The notes under the pieces: generated by a model
The model's database searches: none
Seen by the model: the letters and a program-made list of their open reading frames with translations, nothing else
What the model was told of the DNA's origin: nothing
Assembly: GCA_018607365.1 (NCBI GenBank)
Contig: JABBBT010000015.1
Coordinates: 15,733 to 79,732 of the forward strand
Reading direction: 5' to 3'
DNA from: SAR86 cluster bacterium
GTDB taxonomy: Bacteria; Pseudomonadota; Gammaproteobacteria; Magnimaribacterales; D2472
DNA: 64,000 nucleotides
Program-made: the position numbers and the translations under genes
Shown here: piece after piece, positions 36,302 to 45,542 of the stretch
Numbering within the stretch: the first letter of the stretch is position 1
How the letters are laid out: the number at the start of each line of letters is the position of its first letter

Positions 36302-36805
36302 ATGTTTGAAAAAATTGAATTATATTTAAATACAAATGCTGAATATGCCTGGATGGTTATTCTTTTCTTTGCTTTTATTGAATCCTTTGTTTTATCAGGA
36401 ATTGTTACATCCAGTGCAATTTTGTTTTCAATTTGCATATTCATATACAACACAGAACTCTTATCTATCTACTATATTGTCCCATTAGCAGTATTGGGTG
36501 CCCATTTAGGTGACATGACGAGTTTCTTATTTGGCAAAACCATAGGCCCACAAATCCTAACCACAAAAGTCATGGTGAAAAGACAGAAAACAATAACAAG
36601 AGCTCAAAAATTTTTAGATAAAACTGGTTCTTTCACAGTTCTGCTTGGAAGATTTATACCTGCGGTAAGACCAATAGTTCCTTTTTTACTTGGTATTTCT
36701 GACTTAAAGGTTGTAAGATTTTATATTGCAGATCTCATTGCTTGTCTGTTGTGGGGATTAGCTTTAGGATTTTTAGTAACTGGAGTTGGCTCCTTTTTTG
36801 GATAA
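36302..36805 (+). CDS. DedA-family inner-membrane protein
   Basis: Motifs FIESFVLSG and LLGRFIPAVRPIVPFLLGIS, with 4-5 TM segments. Confidence 0.75.
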   Translation: MFEKIELYLNTNAEYAWMVILFFAFIESFVLSGIVTSSAILFSICIFIYNTELLSIYYIVPLAVLGAHLGDMTSFLFGKTIGPQILTTKVMVKRQKTITRAQKFLDKTGSFTVLLGRFIPAVRPIVPFLLGISDLKVVRFYIADLIACLLWGLALGFLVTGVGSFFG

Positions 36806-36810
36806 TTCAA

Positions 36811-36996
36811 ATGTTGAGTATATTTATATTAACAATTAGCACTATAGCTTTAATTTATTTGCTTGTGCAGTTAGTGAAAGCTAAACAGCAGGGTAAGTTT
36901 CTGCAAACTCTTAGAGACTTGCTTATTATTACATTGGCTATACTAATGACGTTTGCAATTTTCTATATTGGTTATAGGGTCTTTAGAGTTTTTTAA
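36811..36996 (+). CDS. Candidate small 2-TM membrane protein (61 aa)
   Basis: ATG 6 nt after the dedA stop. Two hydrophobic helices separated by KAKQQGK. The ORF-track entry 36742..36996 begins inside dedA. Confidence 0.4.
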   Translation: MLSIFILTISTIALIYLLVQLVKAKQQGKFLQTLRDLLIITLAILMTFAIFYIGYRVFRVF

Positions 36997-37000
36997 TTTT

Positions 37001-37342
37001 ATGACTGAAACTCTATTCGATAAAATCATCAATAAAGATATTCCTGCTGATATCATTTATGAAGATGAAAAATCTATTGTTATAAAAGATATCAACCCGC
37101 AGGCTCCAATTCACTTACTAATTATTCCAAAAAAAACTATACCAATGCTCTCAAGTGCAGATGAGGAAGACAAGGAAATATTAGGTCATCTTATGTTAGT
37201 TGCTGTAAAGGTTTCAAAAATACTAAAGTTAGATAATACATTTAATATTATTATTAATAACGGAGCAAATGCAGGCCAAACTGTATTTCACCTTCACCTA
37301 CATTTACTATCTGGTAAATCTTTAAGCTGGTTGCCGGCTTAA
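37001..37342 (+). CDS. hinT: HIT-family (histidine triad) nucleotide hydrolase, HinT-like
   Basis: Triad motif VFHLHLHLL and N-terminal LFDKIINKDIPADIIYED. The ATG at 37001 is preferred over the upstream start in the ORF track. Confidence 0.85.
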   Translation: MTETLFDKIINKDIPADIIYEDEKSIVIKDINPQAPIHLLIIPKKTIPMLSSADEEDKEILGHLMLVAVKVSKILKLDNTFNIIINNGANAGQTVFHLHLHLLSGKSLSWLPA

Positions 37343-37437
37343 TAATAAATATAAGCGGCTAGGCCCAGTAGAAATACTACAAAACCAATTCCTACCACAA
37401 AGAATGAAACAAATTTAATTGTTGTTATATCGTCCAT
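37339..37437 (-). CDS. Candidate 32-aa hydrophobic peptide (MDDITTIKFVSFFVVGIGFVVFLLGLAAYIYY)
   Basis: Strong SD (AAAGGGGGA) 8 nt upstream of the ATG on the minus strand. Single TM. 4-nt convergent overlap with the hinT stop. Below the ORF-track cutoff. Confidence 0.45.
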   Translation of the reverse strand: MDDITTIKFVSFFVVGIGFVVFLLGLAAYIYY

Positions 37438-37534
37438 TTTAAAAGTCCCCCTTTAAAAAATATAACAAAAATATAATGATTAGCAAGGTAAAAATTAATA
37501 TAGAATATCAATACAATACTTATATTTATAAATT

Positions 37535-38794
37535 TTGAATAATTCAACATCTACAGTTTTCAATAAAAAAGTAAAGTCATGGATAGCATACGATGCTGGA
37601 AATTCTGCTTTTGCAACTACTGTGGTTGCTGGTTTTTTTCCCGTTTTTTATAATCAATATTGGGCTAGTGGTATTGATGTGGATGACGCAACTGTATACA
37701 AAACTTTAGCTTTAGCAATTTGTAATTCAATTGTTTTACTTACTGCACCTTTGATTGGTGCTATCACTGATATAAACAACGCTACTAAAAAAACACTTGT
37801 TTTATTTACAACTATTGGTGCTTTATTTGTAGGCTTACTATCCATTCTTCCATTAGGTTCATGGTTGTATGCCTTAGTTTTCTTTTGTATTGCAAACTAT
37901 TGTTTTGCCGTAGGTCAAATACCATACGATAAGATTTTAACTAAAATAGCACCAGCAAATAAGCTTTCACAAATATCGAATCAAGGATATGCATGGGGTT
38001 ATCTTGGCGGTGGGACTTTATTTCTTATTAATGCATTAATGTTTCTATACTGGGATAAAATAGGTCTTCAGTCCTCTGTGGATGCAGTTAAAATATCATT
38101 TATTATGGTCTCTATCTGGTGGTTTGCCTTTATGCTTCCTATTAGAAAAAACTATAAAGAAGATATTCTCCATCACAAAAAAACATTTTTAATAAAGGAG
38201 TCTTTCAAAAATATTCTGACTACATTAAGATCTATTTCTCAATATAGAAATGTTTCTTTATTTCTAATAGCCTTCTTTCTTTTTATTGATGGTGCGCATA
38301 CTGTTATTTATTTAGCAGCAGATTTTGCTCTTAATGTTGGCTTAAAGGCTAATGATGTTATTCCTGCACTAATTTTAGTGCAATTTGTAGCATTTCCAGC
38401 AACAATTTTATGGGGTTTTATAGCTGATAAATATGGTGACAAGCCAGTTTTATTTATTACTATTATTTTTTATATATTTATTATATTTTTTTCAACCACT
38501 CTTTCATCTGCTTTTGAATTTTATATTTTAGCAATTCTCGTTGGAGGTGTTCAGGGTGGAATTCAGGGAAGCTCTAGAAGTTTATATGGAAAGATTATTC
38601 CGCCTGAGAAAGCAGGAGAATTTTTTGGAATCTATAATGTGTTGGGAAGAGCAGGTGCTATATTTGGACCATTAATGGTTGGTGGCTTATTGGCTCTTTA
38701 TGGTGATATAAGAATTTCACTACTTCCTATAGCAGTTCTTTTTATTCTTGGCGGTTTGGTCTTATTAAAAGTAAAAGAATCAAATGAAATTTAG
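37535..38794 (+). CDS. MFS transporter (UMF1/Atg22-like subgroup)
   Basis: N-terminal SWIAYDAGNSAFATTVVAGFFPVFY. 12 TM segments. TTG start as given in the ORF track. Confidence 0.7.
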   Translation: MNNSTSTVFNKKVKSWIAYDAGNSAFATTVVAGFFPVFYNQYWASGIDVDDATVYKTLALAICNSIVLLTAPLIGAITDINNATKKTLVLFTTIGALFVGLLSILPLGSWLYALVFFCIANYCFAVGQIPYDKILTKIAPANKLSQISNQGYAWGYLGGGTLFLINALMFLYWDKIGLQSSVDAVKISFIMVSIWWFAFMLPIRKNYKEDILHHKKTFLIKESFKNILTTLRSISQYRNVSLFLIAFFLFIDGAHTVIYLAADFALNVGLKANDVIPALILVQFVAFPATILWGFIADKYGDKPVLFITIIFYIFIIFFSTTLSSAFEFYILAILVGGVQGGIQGSSRSLYGKIIPPEKAGEFFGIYNVLGRAGAIFGPLMVGGLLALYGDIRISLLPIAVLFILGGLVLLKVKESNEI

Positions 38795-39554
38795 TCTTAA
38801 TCTAAACAAGATAGCTCTTTTAAGAAATGCAAGAGGTGAAAATAATCCTTCTCTTGAAGAGTTTGCAATCTTAGCTATTAATCTTGGTGTGGATGGTCTT
38901 ACACTTCATCCACGACCAGATCACAGGCATGCAACAAGTGACGATGTTATTTCATTAGCAAGCTTAGCTAAATCTAGAAATATTGATTTTAATTTAGAAG
39001 GCAATCCATTTTCAGAGGGATTTAAAAAGTTCATGGGTTTTAATAATCTTGTAGAAGTATGTCAGCCAGAGCAAATAACACTTGTGCCTGACATGCCTGA
39101 TCAAATCACATCAGATCATGGTTGGGAGTCTGGAGATCACGACCAGAAATTAAGAGAGTCAGTAAAGTTGCTCAAAAGTTTATCTAGCCATTCACAAATC
39201 TCTTTATTTGTAGATCAGCTCAAGGGTAATAAAGCCAATATTGATATTATTGACTATGCACAAGATATGGGTGTTGATGGAATAGAAATTCATACTGGTC
39301 AATTCTCTAAATGTATAGAAACTGGAGATCTTTCAATTATTTCCTCACTTTCAGAATTAATTTCAAAAGCAAATTCTACAGACCTATTCGTTAATGCTGG
39401 CCATGATTTAAATCTAATGAATTTACCAGAGCTTATTAAAATTGGTGGGGTTAATGAAGTCTCTATTGGGCATGCAGTTATAGTTGATGCCTTGAAAAAT
39501 GGCTTTGAAGACACTATAAAGAGTTATATAAATACAATTAAGGAACAAGTATGA
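38784..39554 (+). CDS. pdxJ: Pyridoxine 5'-phosphate synthase
   Basis: Motifs LNKIALLRNARG, LTLHPRPDHRH, IEIHTG, VNAGHDL and VSIGHAVI are collinear with E. coli PdxJ. Confidence 0.85.
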   Translation: MKFSLNLNKIALLRNARGENNPSLEEFAILAINLGVDGLTLHPRPDHRHATSDDVISLASLAKSRNIDFNLEGNPFSEGFKKFMGFNNLVEVCQPEQITLVPDMPDQITSDHGWESGDHDQKLRESVKLLKSLSSHSQISLFVDQLKGNKANIDIIDYAQDMGVDGIEIHTGQFSKCIETGDLSIISSLSELISKANSTDLFVNAGHDLNLMNLPELIKIGGVNEVSIGHAVIVDALKNGFEDTIKSYINTIKEQV

Positions 39555-39865
39555 GCATTGAAGAAAAATTAAGAGAGCAAATTAAAGACAATGACCTTTT
39601 AATCTATATGAAAGGGACGCCTTATGAACCAAAATGTGGCTTTTCGGCTAAAACAGTTCAAGCATTGATAGAATGCGAGGCACAGTTCTCCTATGTAGAT
39701 ATTTTAGAAAATAATGATGCTAGAGCCACATTGCCTTCTGTGTCTGATTGGCCAACTTTTCCGCAAGTGTTTGTGAAAGGCGAGCTGATAGGGGGTGCTG
39801 ATATTGTTACTCAAATGCATGAGTCTGGAGACTTAAAAAAGTTTATTGAAAGTTCTCTTAGCTAG
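39551..39865 (+). CDS. grxD: Monothiol glutaredoxin (Grx4 family)
   Basis: CGFS active site. Also WPTFPQVFVKGELIGGADI. Confidence 0.9.
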   Translation: MSIEEKLREQIKDNDLLIYMKGTPYEPKCGFSAKTVQALIECEAQFSYVDILENNDARATLPSVSDWPTFPQVFVKGELIGGADIVTQMHESGDLKKFIESSLS

Positions 39866-40442
39866 AATAGTCATTTAAAACTCTACAAAATACCTTGGCG
39901 GTAACATCAGAGTCATAGGCAGCTGAATGAGCCTCTTTGGAATCATAATCAATAGAGAGAGAATCACAAATTCTAGCAAGTACCGTTTGGTTTGTTGCTA
40001 AAACACCAAGGCTTACTGTATCTAATACCGAAAAAGGGTGAAAAGGCGATCTTTTGATATTATTTCTTGCTATAGCTTCGTTTAAAAATGCTAAGTCAAA
40101 ATGTGCATTATGGCCAACAAGTATTGCTCTTGAACACTCATATTTAGCTTTAGCTTTATTGATAATAGTAAATAGCTCTTGTAATGCATGGCTTTCAGGG
40201 ACAGCATTCCTTAGTGGATGATTTAGATTAATTTTTGTAAATTCTAATGACTCATCTTCTACAACAAGCCCCTCATAGGGTTCAATATGGAATCGGTGAG
40301 TTTCACCAACTAACAGAGTATTTTCAGACTCTTCTATAAGAGTTATAGCAATTTCAAGAATTGCATTTTCTTTTGAATCAAAACCACCTGTTTCTAGATC
40401 CACTACAACAGGTAAGTATTTTCTAAATCTATTTTTTAGCAT
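39858..40442 (-). CDS. rnt: Ribonuclease T (DEDDh exonuclease)
   Basis: Exo motifs VVVDLETGGF, VGHNAHFDLAFL and HSAAYDS. Adjacent to grxD as in enterobacteria. Confidence 0.8.
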   Translation of the reverse strand: MLKNRFRKYLPVVVDLETGGFDSKENAILEIAITLIEESENTLLVGETHRFHIEPYEGLVVEDESLEFTKINLNHPLRNAVPESHALQELFTIINKAKAKYECSRAILVGHNAHFDLAFLNEAIARNNIKRSPFHPFSVLDTVSLGVLATNQTVLARICDSLSIDYDSKEAHSAAYDSDVTAKVFCRVLNDYSS

Positions 40443-41113
40443 TAATTATCATCCTGAAGAAATGTATTAATTTCATTTTCATCAAAGCGATGTAATTTAG
40501 ATAAATCAGATTTTATAATTTTATTTTGCATCTCATCAATCATTTTAGATTTATCTATATTTCTGTTCTTGAGTTGAAGGTTTAGAGTATCGCTAATCTC
40601 CATATTTTTATTGCTAAAGTTAATCAGCTTATTTCTTTTTTTATTAATTGTTAAATTTTCCTTTGAGTCATAAAAAAACTGTGAAACTTCTCTTGGCTTG
40701 GCTGCATCTTGATCAGAAAGAGGAATTATTTCAATACAATCAACGGGACATGGTTCAATACAGAGCTCACATCCTGTGCATAAATCATCAATTATTGAAT
40801 GCATCATATTAGTTCCACCAGTGATAGCATCAACCGGGCAGGCTGATATGCATTTCTTACATCCGATACATTCTTCTTCAATAATTTTAACTTTTTGACT
40901 TTTAATTGTTGGACCATATTCAGAATTTACAGAAATATAATTTGTATTAGTAATGGCATTTAATTTTTTTAAAGTTTTAAACCCCCCTGGAACACATCTA
41001 TCATGAGGAGAGCCATTAACTATGGCTTCAGCATATTGCTTGCACCCAGGCGTGTCACATCTTCCACACTGTATCTGTGGTAACTCTTTATGTATTAAAT
41101 CAATTAGTTCCAA
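40442..41113 (-). CDS. RnfB-like Fe-S protein without the N-terminal membrane anchor
   Basis: CGRCDTPGCKQYAEAI...RCVPGG cluster domain, then 2x[4Fe-4S] motifs CIGCKKCISACP and CTGCELCIEPCP, collinear with RsxB/RnfB. Confidence 0.75.
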   Translation of the reverse strand: MELIDLIHKELPQIQCGRCDTPGCKQYAEAIVNGSPHDRCVPGGFKTLKKLNAITNTNYISVNSEYGPTIKSQKVKIIEEECIGCKKCISACPVDAITGGTNMMHSIIDDLCTGCELCIEPCPVDCIEIIPLSDQDAAKPREVSQFFYDSKENLTINKKRNKLINFSNKNMEISDTLNLQLKNRNIDKSKMIDEMQNKIIKSDLSKLHRFDENEINTFLQDDN

Positions 41114-41114
41114 T

Positions 41115-42158
41115 TTATTTTTTTAATACGCCAAGTTTTTCTTGGAGTTTTGAGTTAGATGTTGTGTAACCAAAAGGAACTCTTTCACCAGGATAAATCC
41201 TCTTATATGCTTTTTGAACAGCCAAAGTTGTTTCATGAAAACCAGATAGAATTAAATCAAGCTTTCCAGGATAGTCATTTATATCTCCTACAGCAAAAAT
41301 TCCTTCCCTTGAGGTTTCAAAATTTTCAGTATTAACATTAATTTTTTTATTGTTAAGTTCTAATTCCCAATCAAGAATAGGGCCAAGCTTTTTATTTAAT
41401 CCAAACAAAAATATTAATTCATCTGCTTTATGAGTGATAATTTCTTTTGTATCAAAGTTTTTTAAAGAAACTTCACTAACTTTTTCTTCACCATGAATAT
41501 CTTCTATCACATATGGAGTTAAGAGATTAATTTTTTTATCTTTTACAAGGTCTCTCATTAGTTCTTCAGTATGAGGAGCCCCTCTAAAAGCATCTCTTCG
41601 ATGAACCAATGAAAGACTTTTTGATTCTTTTGCTAGTTCTACAGACCAATCTAATGCTGAGTCACCGCCACCAAAAATAAATATGTCTTTGTCCTTATAT
41701 TTTTCTTTTGATCTAACTGCATAATTAACTCCATGATTAAGAAACTTATCAGGATCTTCTATATTTGGCGGTCTGCGTGCTTCAAATGAGCCAGCACCAG
41801 CTGCTATAAATATATTTTTTGAAATAAATGAATTATTTTCGTTTGTAGTTACTTTCCAGAACATATCATCTGCTTGGTTTGTCTCTTCTATAGTTTCAAC
41901 TCTTTGATTTAAATATAAGTCATAATCAAAAGGTTTAATCTGCATAAGAAGTGCATCAACATGCTCTTGCGCAGTCTGAAAAGCTACTCCTGGTATGTCG
42001 TATATAGGTTTTTCTGGATAAAGCTCAGCACATTGCCCACCAGGTTTATCAAGGTTGTCTATAAGAACACAATTAAGACCCAATAAACCAGCTTCAAATA
42101 CAGTGAATAAACCAACCGGCCCTGCACCAATAACGATAATATCTGTTTCTTTAATCAT
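41115..42158 (-). CDS. Thioredoxin-reductase-like ferredoxin-NADP+ reductase
   Basis: FAD GxGxxG (VIGAGPVGLF), GGQ...LYPEKPIYDIPG and an NADPH-site GGGDSALDW. Confidence 0.75.
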   Translation of the reverse strand: MIKETDIIVIGAGPVGLFTVFEAGLLGLNCVLIDNLDKPGGQCAELYPEKPIYDIPGVAFQTAQEHVDALLMQIKPFDYDLYLNQRVETIEETNQADDMFWKVTTNENNSFISKNIFIAAGAGSFEARRPPNIEDPDKFLNHGVNYAVRSKEKYKDKDIFIFGGGDSALDWSVELAKESKSLSLVHRRDAFRGAPHTEELMRDLVKDKKINLLTPYVIEDIHGEEKVSEVSLKNFDTKEIITHKADELIFLFGLNKKLGPILDWELELNNKKINVNTENFETSREGIFAVGDINDYPGKLDLILSGFHETTLAVQKAYKRIYPGERVPFGYTTSNSKLQEKLGVLKK

Positions 42159-44113
42159 TACTTAACTCTCAAACCTGGCTTTGCTCCACTATCTGGTGAT
42201 ATTAGATATATACCTTCATCATCACTTGAGGCTAGAACCATACCCTCAGATAATCCAAATTTCATTTGCCTTGGTTCAAGATTGCTGACTAATATGACTA
42301 ACTTGTCTGTTAAATCTTCTGGATTGTAAGCTTTTTTAATACCAGCAAAAACCTGTCTATCACCTAATTCACCAACATTAAGATTTAACTTAAGTAATTT
42401 ATCAGCACCTTCAACAAGTGACGCTTCTACAATTTGCGCAACCCTAAGGTCAACATCAGCAAATTGTTTTATATCAATAAAATTATTATCATTCATAGGT
42501 TCATCCTTCTTTAAATTAATTGGTTCTAGCCTGTTTAACAATGGCACATAGTTATTTATTGGCTTTTTAAGCATTTTATCTAAATCTTCAAAACTATTTT
42601 CAGTACTGTTAAGAAATTCAAACGCATTTTTTGTAATATTAGGAATTATTGGTTGTAAATAGATGCTAACTAATCTGAATGCATATAAAGCTGAAGATGA
42701 TATATCTATCGCTTCATTTAGTTCTTTTTTCCACGGAGTGCTGTCATTAATATATTTATTTATATCATCTGCCATTTCCATGATTAGCCTAACAGCCTTG
42801 GAGTAATTTCTTGAATTATAATGACTAGTTACTAAAGGTTTTTTTGATTTAATGCTTTCAATTAATTCATTATTAATATTATCTGATAATTTATTGTCAT
42901 TTTTTTTGATAAATGATGAGCAACGGCTGGCAATATTACAGTATTTACCAACTAAGTCAGAATTAATTCTTGTTACATAATCTTCAAGGTTCAAGTCAAT
43001 ATCTTCAACTTTATCATTGAGTTTTGCTGCAAAATAATAGCGCAATGTTTCAGGATCACATACCTCTGCAAATTCTCTTGCTAAGATGCCAGTACCCTTT
43101 GATTTTGACATTTTTTCGCCATTTATAGTTAAAAAACCATGTACATATATTCCATCTGGCAATTTTAAGTTAGCTGAATCTAACAATGCAGGCCAAAATA
43201 AACCATGAAAATATGCAATATCTTTTCCAATGAAATGATAGATCTCATAGTTAGAATCTTTAGACCATAATTCTTCCATTTTTTTATCATTTGAGGCTGC
43301 CCAGTTTTCAATGGCTGCTAAATAGCCAATAGGAGCGTCAAGCCAAACATAAAAATATTTATCAATCTCTCCAGGAATACTAAAACCAAAGTAGGGGGCA
43401 TCTCTTGATATGTCCCATTGCTGAAGATCATCGTTTACCCATTCACTTAATTTATTAACAATAGGTTTTTGAAGATCACTCTTTTGAAGAAAGTCTTTTA
43501 AAACGTTGATTTGTTTAGGTAAATTAAAAAATATATGCTCACTATCCTTATGAATTGGCGTAGTACCAGAAAGAGCAGATATCGGGTTTTTAATTTCACT
43601 TACGTCGTATGTTGCCCCACATTTACTGCAACCATCTCCATACTGGTTCTCTTCGTTGCACTTTGGACATGCGCCTTTTACGAACCGATCTGATAAAAAC
43701 ATAGATTCTTGTTCATCAAATAGCTGTTTAATAGTTTTTCTTGTTATTAAATCTTTATTTTTTGCTTCGTTATAAATAAATTCTGAGTACTTTTTATTTT
43801 CATCCGAATGAGTGGTGTGAAAATTTGTAAAATCGATGTCATATAATTTATATGTTTCTATATGATCTAATTTCACATCCTTGATAAGTTGCTCTGGTTC
43901 AACGCCCAATTCTTTTGCTTTAAGCATTACTGGAGTTCCATGAGTGTCATCAGCACAAAAGAATAAGCACTCGTTACCAATCAAGTTATTAAATCTCACC
44001 CATATATCAGTCTGTACCGCTTCTAAAATATGACCTAGATGCAGGGACGAATTAGCATAAGGAAGTGCTTGAGTAACAAGTATTTTTCTTTTTTTTGTAT
44101 TAGCAACGTCCAT
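42158..44113 (-). CDS. metG: Methionyl-tRNA synthetase with C-terminal tRNA-binding (Trbp111-like) domain
   Basis: HIGH-type LHLGH, KMSKS, Zn knuckles CPKC...CSKCG and C-terminal DLRVAQIVEA. Confidence 0.95.
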   Translation of the reverse strand: MDVANTKKRKILVTQALPYANSSLHLGHILEAVQTDIWVRFNNLIGNECLFFCADDTHGTPVMLKAKELGVEPEQLIKDVKLDHIETYKLYDIDFTNFHTTHSDENKKYSEFIYNEAKNKDLITRKTIKQLFDEQESMFLSDRFVKGACPKCNEENQYGDGCSKCGATYDVSEIKNPISALSGTTPIHKDSEHIFFNLPKQINVLKDFLQKSDLQKPIVNKLSEWVNDDLQQWDISRDAPYFGFSIPGEIDKYFYVWLDAPIGYLAAIENWAASNDKKMEELWSKDSNYEIYHFIGKDIAYFHGLFWPALLDSANLKLPDGIYVHGFLTINGEKMSKSKGTGILAREFAEVCDPETLRYYFAAKLNDKVEDIDLNLEDYVTRINSDLVGKYCNIASRCSSFIKKNDNKLSDNINNELIESIKSKKPLVTSHYNSRNYSKAVRLIMEMADDINKYINDSTPWKKELNEAIDISSSALYAFRLVSIYLQPIIPNITKNAFEFLNSTENSFEDLDKMLKKPINNYVPLLNRLEPINLKKDEPMNDNNFIDIKQFADVDLRVAQIVEASLVEGADKLLKLNLNVGELGDRQVFAGIKKAYNPEDLTDKLVILVSNLEPRQMKFGLSEGMVLASSDDEGIYLISPDSGAKPGLRVK

Positions 44114-44146
44114 AACAACTGTATTATATGTGAAAATACATTTTAT

Positions 44147-44839
44147 ATGAGTATTAAAAAAATAATATCTGTAGCCTCTGCCAAGGGCGGGGTAGGGAAA
44201 AGTACTATCACCGCATTGCTTGCAATGAATTTTGCAAAAAATTTTAAAGTAGGCATTTTAGATGCAGATATATATGGACCAAACCAACACATTCTATTTA
44301 ACGTAGAAAATAAAAAACCTAACTATATTAAGGATAAAGATAAAACATTAATGGAGCCTATCGAGTCTATGGGCGTTAAATTAAATTCTATGGGTTTTAT
44401 TTTAGATGATGATAGGGCTGCTATATGGAGAGGCCCAATGTTAAGTGGGGCTATTAAGCAATTAATGAGCTTAACAATTTGGGGTGAATTAGATTATTTG
44501 TTTATTGATATGCCTCCAGGGACGGGTGATGCATACTTAACAGTTGCGTCTGAAGTAAAACCTGATCACAGTCTTTTGGTAACAACTCCAAATAAATTAG
44601 CAATTCACGATACTTTAAAATCAGTATCTTTTTTTAACAAATTAGATATAAATCTAATAGGGTTTATTGAAAATAATACCTCAAATCAGCTATTTGAAGC
44701 TGACTATGAATCTTTACTATCAAAAGATCAGCCCTGTATAGGTAAAATATTGTATAACGAAGATATATATAATTTAAATTTAAATAAGTCCTCAAACTTG
44801 GTTTCAGATATATCAAGCGCAATTCAAACCCTTGTATAA
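44147..44839 (+). CDS. apbC: Mrp/ApbC-family P-loop ATPase, short form lacking the N-terminal domain and the CxxC loop
   Basis: Motifs SAKGGVGKST, LDADIYGP, WRGPM and DMPPGTGD. Divergent from metG as in E. coli. Start at the ATG 44147; the ORF-track extension overlaps metG. Confidence 0.75.
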   Translation: MSIKKIISVASAKGGVGKSTITALLAMNFAKNFKVGILDADIYGPNQHILFNVENKKPNYIKDKDKTLMEPIESMGVKLNSMGFILDDDRAAIWRGPMLSGAIKQLMSLTIWGELDYLFIDMPPGTGDAYLTVASEVKPDHSLLVTTPNKLAIHDTLKSVSFFNKLDINLIGFIENNTSNQLFEADYESLLSKDQPCIGKILYNEDIYNLNLNKSSNLVSDISSAIQTLV

Positions 44840-44846
44840 TAAAGTT

Positions 44847-45542
44847 ATGAGGTCATTTGTTTTCACAATTTTTGTTTGTTCTTCATTTCTAATTGCTGAA
44901 GATATAAATGATCCCTTTGAAGATTTAAATAGATTGTCATTTGAATTTAATGAATCTTTGGATGCAAATTTTCTTAAACCCATTGCCGAAACGTATTCAA
45001 AATCCCCCAGACTATTAAAAAAAGGCGTCACGAATTTTTTTGATAACCTTGAAGAGGTAGATACTACTGTAAACCAGCTATTACAAGGAAAAATTGGATA
45101 TGCAGTCAATGATCTTACAAGATTTGTTTTAAATTCTACTATTGGTCTTGGTGGTGTTCTAGATGTTGCAACTCCCTTGGGACTCAAAAGACATGAAGAA
45201 GATTTTAGTCAAACTCTTGCATTATGGGGGGTTCCTTCTGGACCATACATAATGTTGCCACTTTTAGGCCCATCTAGTGTCAGGGATATCTTTAGCAGGC
45301 CTGTATCATCGCTTTTATCAGTCACCTTCCATATGACAGAGAGTGATGTAAATATTGCTCTTAAAGCTGTTGATGCGCTTGAAACAAGAGAAAGATTGCT
45401 GGAGATTGAATCATTAATATATGGAGATAGGTATGATTTTGTAAAAGATTCTTATGTCCAGTATATGATTTATGAAGTTAGTGATGGCGAAAATGTTGTT
45501 GATGAATTTGTAGATGATATGGATGATTTTTTAATAGAATAA
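44847..45542 (+). CDS. mlaA: MlaA/VacJ-family outer-membrane lipoprotein
   Basis: Motifs DPFEDLNRLSFEFNESLD, NQLLQGK, NSTIGLGGVLDVA and WGVPSGPYIMLPLLGPSSVRD. Confidence 0.85.
   Translation: MRSFVFTIFVCSSFLIAEDINDPFEDLNRLSFEFNESLDANFLKPIAETYSKSPRLLKKGVTNFFDNLEEVDTTVNQLLQGKIGYAVNDLTRFVLNSTIGLGGVLDVATPLGLKRHEEDFSQTLALWGVPSGPYIMLPLLGPSSVRDIFSRPVSSLLSVTFHMTESDVNIALKAVDALETRERLLEIESLIYGDRYDFVKDSYVQYMIYEVSDGENVVDEFVDDMDDFLIE

Noticed and set aside
44813-45187. 124-aa minus-strand ORF opposite mlaA
   Set aside because: It is antisense to a clear MlaA/VacJ homologue and has no motif or SD.
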